From assembly GCA_018623155.1 (NCBI GenBank), contig JAAZVZ010000003.1, positions 59,373 through 123,372 of the forward strand: DNA of 64,000 bases. The letters run 5' to 3'. This document shows, piece after piece, positions 42,236 to 54,046 of the stretch (position 1 is its first letter; each line of letters begins with the position of its first letter). The notes beneath the pieces are model-generated. The model ran no database searches and was not told the DNA's origin. It saw nothing but the letters and a program-made list of their open reading frames with translations. Made by a program: the position numbers and the translations under genes. This stretch comes from Glaciecola sp. GTDB taxonomy: Bacteria > Pseudomonadota > Gammaproteobacteria > Enterobacterales > Alteromonadaceae.

Positions 42236-43438
42236 ATGTCGAAAGTATTGATCATTGGTGCCGGTGGTGTTGCGGCAGTAACAGTTAAGAAATGCGCTCG
42301 TCTAACTGAGCACTTTTCGGAAATTTATTTGGCTTCCCGTACGGTTTCAAAATGCGAAGCTCTGCAACAAGAGGTGGGTACTGACAGGGTAAAAGCCGTT
42401 TTTTCTGTCGATGCAGACAACGCAACTGAAGTAACAGCATTGATTAAATCGACTCAACCCGATTTGGTCGTTAACCTAGCCTTACCTTATCAAGATTTGC
42501 CAATTATGGATGCATGTCTAGAGTGTGGCGTAGATTATCTCGATACGGCCAACTACGAACCCAAAGACGAAGCTAAATTCGAATATTCTTGGCAATGGGC
42601 ATACCAAAACAGATTTAAAGAAAAAGGTCTGATGGCATTATTAGGCTCTGGTTTCGATCCAGGTGTTACAAATGTATATACAGCATACGCCGCCAAACAT
42701 TATTTTGATGAAATTCATTATCTGGATATCGTCGATTGCAATGGGGGTGATCACGGTCAAGCTTTTGCAACTAACTTCAACCCGGAAATTAACATCCGAG
42801 AAATTACCCAGCGTGGACGTTTTTGGGAAAATGGCGAATGGAAAGAAACCGACCCATTAAGTGTCCGCGAAGATTTGGATTACCAAAATATCGGCGTACG
42901 TGCCTCGTATTTGATGTATCACGAAGAACTAGAATCCATCGTTAAAAATTTTCCAAGTATCAAGCGTGCGCGCTTTTGGATGACTTTTGGAGATGCCTAT
43001 TTGAATCACTTACGTGTATTAGAAGGCATCGGTATGACGTCTATCGAACCAATTGACTTTCAAGGTCAAAAAATCGTCCCCTTAGAATTCTTGAAAGCGG
43101 TTCTACCAAACCCTGGTTCACTGGCAGAAGGCTACACTGGCATGACGTGCATTGGTACTTATATAACTGGTATCAAAGACGGCAAAAAGAAAACTATTTT
43201 TATCTATAATAACTGTGACCACGCTGCGTGCTTCGAAGAAGTTGGCGCACAAGCCGTATCATATACTACTGGGGTACCGGCAATGATTGGTGCTGCTCTC
43301 ATGTTGAATGGGACTTGGCGTAAACCTGGTGTTGTAAATATGGAAGAAATGGATCCGGATCCATTCATGAAAATGCTAAACGAACACGGTTTACCGTGGC
43401 ATGTGCTTGAATGTGACGCACCATTTAGCGATCACTAA
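42236..43438 (+). CDS. Carboxy(nor)spermidine dehydrogenase/synthase (saccharopine dehydrogenase family)
   Basis: 400 aa. N-terminal Rossmann motif VLIIGAGGVA, with length and pairing with nspC as in the Vibrio CANSDH-NspC pathway. Confidence 0.85.
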   Translation: MSKVLIIGAGGVAAVTVKKCARLTEHFSEIYLASRTVSKCEALQQEVGTDRVKAVFSVDADNATEVTALIKSTQPDLVVNLALPYQDLPIMDACLECGVDYLDTANYEPKDEAKFEYSWQWAYQNRFKEKGLMALLGSGFDPGVTNVYTAYAAKHYFDEIHYLDIVDCNGGDHGQAFATNFNPEINIREITQRGRFWENGEWKETDPLSVREDLDYQNIGVRASYLMYHEELESIVKNFPSIKRARFWMTFGDAYLNHLRVLEGIGMTSIEPIDFQGQKIVPLEFLKAVLPNPGSLAEGYTGMTCIGTYITGIKDGKKKTIFIYNNCDHAACFEEVGAQAVSYTTGVPAMIGAALMLNGTWRKPGVVNMEEMDPDPFMKMLNEHGLPWHVLECDAPFSDH

Positions 43439-43463
43439 CGGCCTTACTTAAGGAATATTTGCT

Positions 43464-44600
43464 ATGCCACATTGGACACAAAACACGGCTATCCCCTCTC
43501 CATGCTATGTGCTTGAAGAAGCAAAATTACGCAAAAATCTTGAACTGATGCGGCATGTGCAAGAACAAACTGGGGTGGAGATCATTCTTGCATTAAAAGG
43601 TTTTTCAATGTGGTCAGTATTCCCTATGATTAGTGAGTACTTACATGGCGGCACTGCTTCAGCTCTCTGGGAGGCAAAATTAGCCAAAACATTAGGTGGG
43701 CAAGTCCATGCTTTTTCACCTGCTTTTAAATCGAGTGAGATGCCTGAAATTGTTTCTGAAGTCGACCATATTTCGTTTAACTCGATGGCGCAATTTATCC
43801 TGCACAAAAACGTCTGCGAAAAGGCAGGAGTGAGTATGGGGCTGCGTGTTAACCCTGAGCATCAAGAAGCCGATACTGCCCTGTATGACCCTTGCGCACC
43901 AGGTTCGAGATTAGGCATCACTAAAGACCAGTTAGATGGACAAGCACTTGATGGCATTGATGGATTCCACGTACACGCACTGTGCGAATGCGATAGCTAT
44001 GCGACAGAACGCATGCTCAAAGCCATTGAAAAACAATTCTCTGGGTACTTTCCGCAGCTAAAATGGCTGAATCTAGGCGGTGGCCACCTAATGACCAAAG
44101 CCGGCTATGATATAGCGCATTTGATTGATGTGCTTCAAGATTTTAAAACCAAATACCCTCATCTCAATATCATCATGGAACCGGGTTCTGCAGTGGCTTG
44201 GGATACAGGTCCATTAATCGCTGAAGTCGTTGATATTGTTGAAAACAACGGGCCAATTGGCATTTTGGATATTTCTGTGACCGCGCATATGCCCGATGTC
44301 TTAGAAATGCCCTATCGACCTCATATTATTGGAGCAGGAGAAACGGGAGAGCATCCCTATACTTATCGTTTCGGTGGAAATTCGTGTCTTGCAGGCGACG
44401 TCTTACCAGAATATAGCTTTGAATCCCCCATAGAGGTTGGGCAACGGGTTGTGTTTAATGACATGATGCATTACACCATGGTCAAAACGAGTTTTTTTAA
44501 TGGCGTGCAACACCCTGCAATTGGGATATTACGAGAAAACGGGCAATTTGAGCTAGTGCGCGAATTTTCTTATGAAGACTTTATAAGCCGCTTATCTTAA
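43464..44600 (+). CDS. nspC: Carboxy(nor)spermidine decarboxylase
   Basis: 378 aa. N-terminus TPCYVLEE, with PLP-dependent decarboxylase (alanine racemase fold) features (ALKGF, LNLGGGH, EPGSAV), adjacent to the dehydrogenase. Confidence 0.85.
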   Translation: MPHWTQNTAIPSPCYVLEEAKLRKNLELMRHVQEQTGVEIILALKGFSMWSVFPMISEYLHGGTASALWEAKLAKTLGGQVHAFSPAFKSSEMPEIVSEVDHISFNSMAQFILHKNVCEKAGVSMGLRVNPEHQEADTALYDPCAPGSRLGITKDQLDGQALDGIDGFHVHALCECDSYATERMLKAIEKQFSGYFPQLKWLNLGGGHLMTKAGYDIAHLIDVLQDFKTKYPHLNIIMEPGSAVAWDTGPLIAEVVDIVENNGPIGILDISVTAHMPDVLEMPYRPHIIGAGETGEHPYTYRFGGNSCLAGDVLPEYSFESPIEVGQRVVFNDMMHYTMVKTSFFNGVQHPAIGILRENGQFELVREFSYEDFISRLS

Positions 44601-44621
44601 CGTTACTGTCAAGTGGCTGGC

Positions 44622-45482
44622 TTACTTTTTCTGCTCCAAAGCCCATTGATACAATGCATTTTTTTTATGCTGATAATGCTGCGCGACAATCGCAGACGCC
44701 TTTTTTGCAGGCAGTTCAGAAAGTAAGGATTGCATCAGCTGTTTAGCAGGCTCACTAATGTCATCACTTACTTGAGGTGCAGGACCAAACATGAGAACAA
44801 ACTCACCTTTTTGATGAGCTGAATCTTCCTCGAGCCAATTAATCACAGTTTGGCATGAGCCACTAATATATGATTCAAATGACTTAGTTAACTCTTTGGC
44901 TAGAACGACGGTTATCTGTTCACTGAGTTCGTTTTGAGCAAGCCTCATGGTATCCAATACACGACGTGGTGATTCGTAAAAGACACTGGTGAAGTCATGT
45001 TGGTTAAGTTGTCTCAGTTGCGCGATTTTTGCTTGTTGTTTGAGGGGCAAAAACCCAAAAAAATGAAACTGATCAGTTGGCAATCCGGCTGCAGATAATG
45101 CGGTCGTTAAAGCACACGGTCCAGGTAAGGCAGACACCTTATAACCCTGAGTACGGCATTCTCGGACAAGTACAAAACCAGGGTCGCTGATAAGAGGCGT
45201 ACCTGCATCAGAAACCAAGGCAATGTCATCCCCTTTTTCTAGCCTTTGGATCACTTTATTTACCTGGGCTGATTCATTATGATCATGAATTGCAAAAGTC
45301 GGTGTCGTGATCCCGAAGTGCTGCAATAAGATACGACTATGTCGGGTATCCTCACACCCAATCGCCGCAACATTTGAGAGTATATCTAACGCTCGTTGTG
45401 TAATGTCTGTGAGATTACCTATTGGTGTCGGTACAATAAATAATGTACCTGTGTGGTTAGATAAATCAGAAGAGTCAGACAT
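44622..45482 (-). CDS. rsmI: 16S rRNA (cytidine1402-2'-O)-methyltransferase
   Basis: Trimmed to MSDSSDLSNHTGTLFIVPTPIGNLTDIT (track ORF runs to 45518). TP-methylase fold, divergent from lpoA as in E. coli yraL/yraM. Confidence 0.9.
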   Translation of the reverse strand: MSDSSDLSNHTGTLFIVPTPIGNLTDITQRALDILSNVAAIGCEDTRHSRILLQHFGITTPTFAIHDHNESAQVNKVIQRLEKGDDIALVSDAGTPLISDPGFVLVRECRTQGYKVSALPGPCALTTALSAAGLPTDQFHFFGFLPLKQQAKIAQLRQLNQHDFTSVFYESPRRVLDTMRLAQNELSEQITVVLAKELTKSFESYISGSCQTVINWLEEDSAHQKGEFVLMFGPAPQVSDDISEPAKQLMQSLLSELPAKKASAIVAQHYQHKKNALYQWALEQKK

Positions 45483-45534
45483 AGTGCGCAATAGACATAA
45501 ATACAGTATAGTAGCCATTATAACGTGTAAGGGT

Positions 45535-47399
45535 ATGTGTGTGATAGGGACAAATTTTCAATTGCCAAAAAAAGGGGTAGTAAGCTTGCTTATATCTCTT
45601 GTTTCTTGCGTGTGGTTAATTGGGTGTGGCAGTACTTCCAAGCCAGTATCCATACCGACTCCATCAATGAACACTCCGGTACTTCCAGTTGAGAACACGG
45701 CTCTTGGGAATAATTTAAAGAGAGCTGAAGAATTATATTTATCTGGTCAAATCGCAGCAGCCGTTGACACTTATTTAAGTATTGCAGAGGAAATGCGTGC
45801 ATCTGGAGTGTGTGCTCAGACTCATGCCATTTTAGCTAGCCTTGAAGAATACGTTGTACCGAACACCACTTCATGGCAACACGTCAGATATTTAAGGGCT
45901 GCGTGTAATCATCCTAATGATGATGTCATTAAGCGCATTACATTACTCGATTTTAACCCAAATACCCAGGGCCTTGCTCAAAAACGGGCCTCATTATTAA
46001 CCGAACTTCATGTTGAAACCCTCAATTATCGGGAGGCGCTGATATCCTATTTACAAACCAGTGATAGTTCTGCAGAAACAGCGTGGGCATTTACACAACA
46101 AATTCCTCTTCCTGAATTAACCCTATCGGGTAGTGTTCCAGTTGATGCGTATTTATCACTTGCCAAAATAATACGACAGTATGCATTAGCGCCTAACAAA
46201 TTAGCCCTTGAATTGACGCAGTGGCAATATACATACCCAAATCATGATTTACTCAAAACCGATATTATCCCTTTTGAATTATTACTGAGTGCGACGGCCT
46301 TTCCTAATGAAACAAACATTGCCATTTTGTTACCATTAGAAGGGCGTCTAGGTAATAGTGCAAAACAAATCAAAGATGGCATATTGTCGGCTTATTTTAC
46401 TTCTAAACACGATTTTCAATTGCGTTTTATCAATACTCACGAGGTCAGTATTGAAGTGATAGCTGAACAGGTCAAGGATGCAGATATCGTGATTGGCCCG
46501 TTATTAAAAGCCGAAATCAATGCAATACGAACTTTACTTCGCCCAGAGCAAATTTTACTTGCACTCAATCGCATCCCTGAATCTTTTACAAACAATGCTG
46601 AATATTCTGAAAGGGGCGATTTTTCTCAGCAATTTTTCTTTGGTCTAGCGCCTGAGGATGAAGCACAACAATTGGCTGAATATGTATTCACTAGTCAGTA
46701 TCAACAGCCCATCATGATCCATGCCCAAGATGCCACAGCGACACGCATGGCAGAAGCCTTTGCACTGCGTTGGAAAACACTCAATCCTAACACTCCTCTT
46801 AAAACTCTGACATTCACCAACAATGCTGACATGCGCAAACAAATTACCGAAGTACTTGGTGTTGCAACCAGCCAACAACGTGCAAAAAGACTGGAGCAAT
46901 TTCATGGTTCAGAAGTATTCAGTGTTACCCGAAACCGTCGTGATGTCGATGCCTTTATCGTATTCGCTAATGCCAAACAAACCGAATTAATCAATCCAAT
47001 GATCGAAGCATCATTGAGTACATTCAGTGAAGAAATCACGCCGGTCTATGCATCTTCACGTAGTTATAATCACGACTTGAATCAGAATTCACTACGAGAT
47101 CTACAAAATGTCTTTTTTATTGAGATGCCTTGGGTGTTGGATACCACTGCACAAGAATTAAAGACAAAGTATAAGGCACTATATCCGACAGCAAACACTT
47201 CAGATCAACGTCTATTTGCCATGGGTTATGATGCATATCACTTGCTGTTTAACCTTAATAAATTGTCAAAAGTGCCGAATCTTCAGTTTGTTGGGCTAAC
47301 TGGTGAATTACGATTAGAAAATAATATTTTATATCGCAGGTTACCACGTGCTCAAATTTCACAGAACTCAATTCGTGTGGTAGGTCAAGTGTCTCAACC

Positions 47400-47403
<4 letters not shown>
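45535..47403 (+). CDS. lpoA: Penicillin-binding protein activator LpoA (lipoprotein)
   Basis: Track ORF starts at 45307, inside rsmI on the other strand. I prefer the ATG at 45535, which gives a signal peptide with lipobox LIGC. TPR-like N-domain and periplasmic-binding-like C-domain. Conserved rsmI/lpoA-yraN-diaA-dolP order. Confidence 0.8.
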
Positions 47404-48367
<964 letters not shown>

Positions 48368-48386
48368 TAGGTAAGGTTAACGAATC

Positions 48387-48959
48387 ATGTTTCTGAGAAT
48401 TCTATTGGCCCTCACGCTAACGTTGACATTGTCCAATTGTACGGCTATCGCACTGGGTGGTGCCGCGGCGGTTGCTGCAGGGAGTGTGTCGGATCCCCGC
48501 ACAATTGGTACTCAAATTGATGACCGTACTAACAATTTGAGTGTCGCTAATGCCCTATCCAAAATTGAGGGTTACACAGAACAGAGCAATATCGATATCG
48601 ATGTATATAACAAACAGCTTCTCCTTACCGGACAAGTGACAAATGCTAAACTAATTAAACAGATCATCGCAGTGGCACAAGGGAATGCATACTTTTCCAA
48701 AATCCATAATCAATTGCGAGTCTCTCCTTTAGCCAGTGCGTCAACTCAAGCGAAAGATATCATCATTGCAAATACGATTAGAGCAAAACTACTCGCTCAC
48801 GATGACATGAACCTCACTGCTGTAAAAGTCACTGTGAATAGCGGTGAGGTATTTTTGATGGGGTTAGTAAATAATTCACAAGCAACGGTTGCCGTTGATA
48901 TTGCGCGTAATGTACAAAACGTTGTGCGCGTTAATCGGGTCTTTCAAATCATCAATTAA
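48387..48959 (+). CDS. dolP: Dual-BON-domain lipoprotein DolP (YraP)
   Basis: 190 aa. Lipobox LSNC and two BON-like repeats, in conserved position after diaA. Confidence 0.8.
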   Translation: MFLRILLALTLTLTLSNCTAIALGGAAAVAAGSVSDPRTIGTQIDDRTNNLSVANALSKIEGYTEQSNIDIDVYNKQLLLTGQVTNAKLIKQIIAVAQGNAYFSKIHNQLRVSPLASASTQAKDIIIANTIRAKLLAHDDMNLTAVKVTVNSGEVFLMGLVNNSQATVAVDIARNVQNVVRVNRVFQIIN

Positions 48960-48970
48960 CGCGCTAGTAA

Positions 48971-49417
48971 CTATTTGACGATACTCAGGTTTGGCTTTCC
49001 ACGAGTCGGTTTTGTGGCAGTGGGCTGTTCCTTGTCTGTACTTGCATTGCTATCAGAGTCAGAACGAGTTTCGTGATTACTTTTATCCATTGGCTCTGTG
49101 GGGGTAAATACCGTGCCAGCACCATTTTCTCTCGCGTATATGGCTAATACCGCCTCACAAGGAAAGCTGAGTTGTTGCGGCTGGCCGCCAAAACGAGCTT
49201 GAAAAGATACACCTTCAGGTGATAAATGAAAGTTCACACAAGCGCTCGGCGACACATTGAGAACAATCTGACCCTCTTGTACATATTGCTGAGGCACTTG
49301 GACATAGGGTTGGGTTGCGTCCACCACTAGATATGGCGTTAGTTCATTGTCTACTATCCAATCAAAAAAAGCCCTAAGCATGTAGGGCTGATTTGGTGTC
49401 ATGGTGATATCACTCAT
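48971..49417 (-). CDS. sspB: ClpXP adaptor / stringent starvation protein B
   Basis: 148 aa. N-terminus PYMLRAFFDWIVDNELTPYLVVD, and a tail ending in a basic/hydrophobic ClpX-binding-like peptide. Confidence 0.9.
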   Translation of the reverse strand: MSDITMTPNQPYMLRAFFDWIVDNELTPYLVVDATQPYVQVPQQYVQEGQIVLNVSPSACVNFHLSPEGVSFQARFGGQPQQLSFPCEAVLAIYARENGAGTVFTPTEPMDKSNHETRSDSDSNASTDKEQPTATKPTRGKPNLSIVK

Positions 49418-49423
49418 AATGAA

Positions 49424-50059
49424 TTATGCAAGCGGTTTGTGAATTTCACGTTCTTGGTCGGTCAAAGATGCAACGAATGAAGGACGATCAAAAATGCGCT
49501 TCATATATGCTAATACTTCTTTGCTACCATTACCTGTTAGTTGAATATTAAGGGCAGGTAAACGCCATAATAATGGGGCTAAGTAGCAATCCACCAAACT
49601 AAATTCTTCTGACATAAAGTATTCAGTATTTGCAAAGATTGGTGCGAGTGCTAGCAGATTTTCCTTTAGTTCATTACGCAATGCGTCAACATCGCCTTCT
49701 CCACGGAAAATAAGTCCAGCTTGGACATACCAATCTTGTTCAATGCGATGCATTAATAGACGGCTTTCAGCACGTGCAACAGGATACACTGGCATCAATG
49801 GGGGATGCGGAAAACGCTCATCTAAGTATTCCATGATAATGTGTGACTTGTATAAAGCCAGATCTCGATCAACCAATGTTGGCAAAGTACCATACTGATT
49901 GTATTCAAGCATTTCCTCTGGGAGGTTTTGTGGATCAACATAAATGATCTCAACGCCCACTCCTTTCTCAGCCAATACAATACGCGCTTGATGGCTGTAA
50001 ATATCAATGGTATCGGAAAAAAGGGTCATAATAGAACGTTTGTTTACGGCTACTGCCAT
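49424..50059 (-). CDS. sspA: Stringent starvation protein A (GST-like)
   Basis: 211 aa. Collinear with SspA (MTLFSD, YSHQARIVLAEKGV, PTLVDRDL). Confidence 0.93.
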   Translation of the reverse strand: MAVAVNKRSIMTLFSDTIDIYSHQARIVLAEKGVGVEIIYVDPQNLPEEMLEYNQYGTLPTLVDRDLALYKSHIIMEYLDERFPHPPLMPVYPVARAESRLLMHRIEQDWYVQAGLIFRGEGDVDALRNELKENLLALAPIFANTEYFMSEEFSLVDCYLAPLLWRLPALNIQLTGNGSKEVLAYMKRIFDRPSFVASLTDQEREIHKPLA

Positions 50060-50107
50060 CTAGCTATCTCCTGTTGGCTCACATTAGCTATCATTTATTG
50101 CTAAATT

Positions 50108-50135
50108 AAAAAAAGGGGCGCTAAGTGCCCCTTTT
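50108..50135 (-). terminator. Rho-independent terminator after petC
   Basis: Stem AAGGGGC / GCCCCTT with a 7-nt loop. On the minus strand it is followed by a 7-nt U-run. Confidence 0.6.
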
Positions 50136-50165
50136 GATATTATACAGAATATTTACGCGTTTGTG

Positions 50166-50900
50166 TTATTTTAATCCGCGCCAATATTCTTTCTTAAGTA
50201 AGTACGCAAAAATGAAGAATATTAATACAAAAATTAATGCGCCACGACCAATTGCTTCAGATTCTAGTCGAGTCGGTTCACCTGTGTATTCAAGGTAATT
50301 AACCAAATCCAAAATGGCTTGGTCATACTCTTCTTCGTTCATCACACCGTTGCTATCAGCTTTGATACCGGCATAACGCTTAACTGTTTCACCATCGACC
50401 AATGCTTCTTCATGATAAATGCGAGGCGTACCTTGTAACTCTTCTAGTACGTGTGGCATACCAACGTTAGGGAAAACAAGATTATTCACGCCAAACGTTT
50501 TGGTTGGATCCACATAGAAAGTGCGTAAATAGGTATACAACCAATCTGCACCGCGTACACGTGCCACCAATGTTAAATCTGGTGGCGGCGCACCAAACCA
50601 TGTTGCAGCTGCTTCTTGTGGCATAGGCGAAGTGATGTAGTCAGTGACTTTTTCACCTGTAAATTGCAAGTATTCTTGGCCAATATCTGCAGGAATACCT
50701 AAGTCCTCAAAAGTTTTTGAGTAACGTTGATATTGTTGCTGGTGACAACCCAAGCAGTAGTTCATGAATATACGTGCACCACGTTGTAATGACGTTTTAT
50801 CCGTTAGATCATAATTCGCCTTGTCTAGCGGTACCGAAGAACCTGCTGCGAAGGCCAGGCTTGGCAAAAGAAGTGCCAAGGCTAGTACTAATTTTTTCAT
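50166..50900 (-). CDS. petC: Ubiquinol-cytochrome c reductase, cytochrome c1 subunit
   Basis: 244 aa. Signal peptide, heme motif CLGCH and a C-terminal TM anchor. 4-nt overlap with petB. Confidence 0.88.
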   Translation of the reverse strand: MKKLVLALALLLPSLAFAAGSSVPLDKANYDLTDKTSLQRGARIFMNYCLGCHQQQYQRYSKTFEDLGIPADIGQEYLQFTGEKVTDYITSPMPQEAAATWFGAPPPDLTLVARVRGADWLYTYLRTFYVDPTKTFGVNNLVFPNVGMPHVLEELQGTPRIYHEEALVDGETVKRYAGIKADSNGVMNEEEYDQAILDLVNYLEYTGEPTRLESEAIGRGALIFVLIFFIFAYLLKKEYWRGLK

Positions 50901-52162
50901 TTAGGGATCCTCGCTGGAACAGGTTTAGTCTTCTCGTTTTTGCTGTAAATAAACAGCAAACCAAAGAAGCCGAAGTACATGAGAGTTGCTATTTGTGATG
51001 CAACAATCTTCCAGTTCTCTTGTGGAGTTCCACCTAAGTAACCTAAGAATACAAATACGACAGCAAACACCAAGATGTTGTACTTGTGTAACCCGCTACG
51101 GTAGCGCCAAGAGCGGACGTTACCACGGTCAATCCAAGGTAATGCAAACAATGCCGCTATTGCACCAAACATCGCTAATACACCAAATAACTTATCAGGA
51201 ACCGCTTTCAGGATTGCGTAAAACGGTGTGAAGTACCATACCGGGAAGATATGCTCAGGTGTCTTAAGAGGGTTTGCAATTTCGAAGTTTGGATGTTCTA
51301 GGAACTTACCACCCATTTCTGGCGCAAAGAACAATACATAACAGAAACCTGCAAGGAACACTGTAAATGCGACTAAGTCTTTCAACACAATGTGCGGGAA
51401 GAATGGCACAACATCGTCTGCGATATCATATTTACTTGTATAGTATTCATGAATTTCGTATTTGGTCTTTTCTTCTTCTGATAGCGACCCTTTCTTGTGC
51501 TTTATTGCTACGCCGTCTGGGTTATTTGAGCCGACTTCATGCAAAGCAATAATGTGTAAAAATACCAAAATTACAATGACAAGAGGTAAGGCAATGACAT
51601 GTAACGCAAAGAATCTATTCAGAGTTGCACCAGAGATAACATAGTCACCTTGGATCCACACAACCAAATCAGGGCCAATCACTGGGATGGCGCCGAACAA
51701 CGAAACGATTACCTGAGCACCCCAGTAAGACATTTGTCCCCATGGCAATACATAGCCCATGAAAGCTTCGGCCATCAATGCGAGATAAATTAGCATACCG
51801 AAGACCCACAATAACTCACGAGGCTTCTGATAAGAACCATAAATCATGCCGCGGAACATGTGCAAGTAAACCACGATGAAAAAGGCAGATGCCCCCGTGG
51901 AGTGCATGTAACGGATTAACCACCCGTAATCAACTTCACGCATAATGTATTCAACTGACGCAAACGCGCCTTCAGCTGACGGTACGAAGTTCATTGTTAA
52001 CCAGACACCGGTTACAATTTGATTTACCAATACAAGTGTTGATAAGAAACCAAATACGTACCAAAAATTCATGTTGATAGGCGCAGGATATTGAATCGCA
52101 TGCATGTTTGCTACACGAGTCAATGGAATACGCTGTTCAATCCAATTCATAAAACCGTTCAT
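50897..52162 (-). CDS. petB: Ubiquinol-cytochrome c reductase, cytochrome b subunit
   Basis: About 421 aa. Cytochrome b N/C domains (multiple TM segments, conserved His pairs). Track start is a TTG at 52168; I prefer the ATG at 52162, 7 nt after AAGGTAG. Confidence 0.9.
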   Translation of the reverse strand: MNGFMNWIEQRIPLTRVANMHAIQYPAPINMNFWYVFGFLSTLVLVNQIVTGVWLTMNFVPSAEGAFASVEYIMREVDYGWLIRYMHSTGASAFFIVVYLHMFRGMIYGSYQKPRELLWVFGMLIYLALMAEAFMGYVLPWGQMSYWGAQVIVSLFGAIPVIGPDLVVWIQGDYVISGATLNRFFALHVIALPLVIVILVFLHIIALHEVGSNNPDGVAIKHKKGSLSEEEKTKYEIHEYYTSKYDIADDVVPFFPHIVLKDLVAFTVFLAGFCYVLFFAPEMGGKFLEHPNFEIANPLKTPEHIFPVWYFTPFYAILKAVPDKLFGVLAMFGAIAALFALPWIDRGNVRSWRYRSGLHKYNILVFAVVFVFLGYLGGTPQENWKIVASQIATLMYFGFFGLLFIYSKNEKTKPVPARIPK

Positions 52163-52174
52163 AATCAAACTACC

Positions 52175-52795
52175 TTATGCTTCAGAGCCGATGAGTAACG
52201 TCGTATCATCTAGGAACTGATACGGCGGAACTACCAGGTTAGACGGAGCTGGTACGTTTTGGAAAACACGTCCAGCCATGTCAAATTTAGAACCGTGACA
52301 TGGACAGAAGAAACCTTCAGAAATACCTTCAGCATATTGCTCAAATGCACCTTCGTTCAAGTGTTGAGGTGAACATCCCAAATGCGTACAAATACCAACC
52401 AATACGAGGTACTCTTCTTTTAGAGAACGGTATTGGTTTTTGGCAAATGAGGGTTGTTGTTCTACATCAGAGTTTGGATCACGTAGTTGGTCTTCATGAT
52501 TACCTAAACTTGCTAGCAGCTCAGGAGTACGGCGTACTACCCAAACTGGCTTAGAACGCCACATTACACGAATCAGCTGACCTGGAGCGATACCACTGAT
52601 ATCCACTTCTACGTCAGCACCGGCAGCCTTTGCCTTTGCACTTGGGTTCCAAGACGCGACGAAAGGCACTGCTGCAGCCACTGCACCAACACCACCGATA
52701 ACCGACGTCGCAACAGTCAAAAACTTGCGACGGTTGTTATTCTCAGGTTGGACATCTGGGCTTGCTTTGTTTGCATCTACTGATACATTGCTCAT
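52175..52795 (-). CDS. petA: Ubiquinol-cytochrome c reductase, Rieske iron-sulfur subunit
   Basis: 206 aa. Tat-like N-terminus (NNRRKFL) and Rieske motifs CTHLGC and CPCHGS. SD GGAG. Confidence 0.92.
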   Translation of the reverse strand: MSNVSVDANKASPDVQPENNNRRKFLTVATSVIGGVGAVAAAVPFVASWNPSAKAKAAGADVEVDISGIAPGQLIRVMWRSKPVWVVRRTPELLASLGNHEDQLRDPNSDVEQQPSFAKNQYRSLKEEYLVLVGICTHLGCSPQHLNEGAFEQYAEGISEGFFCPCHGSKFDMAGRVFQNVPAPSNLVVPPYQFLDDTTLLIGSEA

Positions 52796-53027
52796 CCACT
52801 TTCTCCAAAACTGGGATGTACCGTTTTAACCGGATCATCAACCATTAAAAATTTCTGCGCAAAATGGTAAAGAAAACACACGAAAATTACAAGTCTATCG
52901 CGTTATTTATCTTAGATTCACGTTAAGACAATGGTCTTTGTTCATACATACACTGGCTTTAGGCTGTCTTGCATTTCATTTCATAGACCAATATCTAATA
53001 TTGAATAGATTAACCTGAAGAAAAGGC

Positions 53028-53054
53028 AAAAAAATACCGCTCTAAGAGCGGTAT
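53028..53054 (-). terminator. Rho-independent terminator after rpsI
   Basis: Near-perfect palindrome ATACCGCTCT A AGAGCGGTAT. On the minus strand it is followed by a 7-nt U-run, 20 nt after the rpsI stop. Confidence 0.7.
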
Positions 53055-53074
53055 TTGTAAATAACGTGTATATA

Positions 53075-53467
53075 TTAACGTTTTGAGAATTGTGGCTTCT
53101 TACGTGCTTTGTGAAGACCGACTTTCTTACGTTCAACGCGACGTGCATCACGTGTAACGAAACCAGCCTGACGGAGGCTTGGACGTAAGGTCTCGTCAAA
53201 TTCCATCAACGCACGAGTGATGCCGTGACGGATTGCACCAGCTTGACCTGAAATACCACCACCCTTAACAGTGATGTATAGGTCAAATTTCTCAGTCATT
53301 TCAACAAGTTCTAAAGGTTGACGAACAACCATACGAGCTGTTTCGCGGCCGAAGAACACGTCAAGAGGACGTTGGTTTACAGTGATGTTACCAGTACCTG
53401 GACGAAGGAATACACGAGCAGTTGAGCTCTTGCGACGACCAGTGCCGTAATATTGGGTATCTGCCAT
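53075..53467 (-). CDS. rpsI: 30S ribosomal protein S9
   Basis: 130 aa ending in [11 protein letters not shown]. Near-identical pattern to E. coli S9. Confidence 0.98.
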   Translation of the reverse strand: MADTQYYGTGRRKSSTARVFLRPGTGNITVNQRPLDVFFGRETARMVVRQPLELVEMTEKFDLYITVKGGGISGQAGAIRHGITRALMEFDETLRPSLRQAGFVTRDARRVERKKVGLHKARKKPQFSKR

Positions 53468-53478
53468 TGTCTCGCTCC

Positions 53479-53907
53479 TTAAATGTCAAGTACTTGTGGC
53501 TGTTGCGCAGCGTGTTTATGTTCGCTACCTGCGTAAACTTTAAGCTTACGGAACATAGCACGGCCAAGAGGACCTTTTGGTAGCATGCCTTTAACCGCTA
53601 CTTCAAGAACCATCTCTGGTTTTTTCGCTTGTAACTTATCAAACGTAATGTCTTTAAGACCACCAGGGTAACCTGAGTGAGCATAGTACACTTTATCTTT
53701 GAATTTGTTACCAGTCACAGTGATCTTCTCAGCATTCACCACGACGATGTAATCGCCAGTGTCAACATGAGGAGTGTATTCTGGCTTGTGTTTACCACGT
53801 AAACGCAAAGCGATTTCAGCCGCTAAGCGACCAAGAGTTTTGTCCGCAGCATCCACTACGTACCAGTCGCGTTCAACGCTCTCTGGTTTTGCAACAAAAG
53901 TTTTCAT
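53479..53907 (-). CDS. rplM: 50S ribosomal protein L13
   Basis: 142 aa. [20 protein letters not shown] matches the L13 N-terminus. Confidence 0.98.
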   Translation of the reverse strand: MKTFVAKPESVERDWYVVDAADKTLGRLAAEIALRLRGKHKPEYTPHVDTGDYIVVVNAEKITVTGNKFKDKVYYAHSGYPGGLKDITFDKLQAKKPEMVLEVAVKGMLPKGPLGRAMFRKLKVYAGSEHKHAAQQPQVLDI

Positions 53908-54046
53908 TGTTTCATTTCACCCGAAATTGAATAATTAGTTACGGTCATATGCACCATGCATACAACGTGAAATCAACGTCTAACCCCTTCGAGTTTGCTG
54001 ATTCTTCCATCCTCCCACGGACGGGTTGTAACTGGGCAGGCGCAAG

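Noticed and set aside
45307-45534. N-terminal 76 codons of the lpoA track ORF. The same issue affects the 5' extensions of the track ORFs for pgk, metK, thrB, the M24 peptidase, DUF3833, mscS, rsmI, recO, pdxJ, relA, pstA and pstC.
   Set aside because: The extensions overlap neighbouring genes or lack homology. Internal starts give canonical N-termini, signal peptides, SD sites or ATGA/TAATG couplings.
52981-53199. 72-aa minus-strand ORF spanning the rpsI 3' end and its terminator. Also the 87-aa plus-strand ORF at 53949-54212 across the rplM leader and mazG 3' end.
   Set aside because: Both overlap strongly supported genes or regulatory elements and have no SD or family resemblance.
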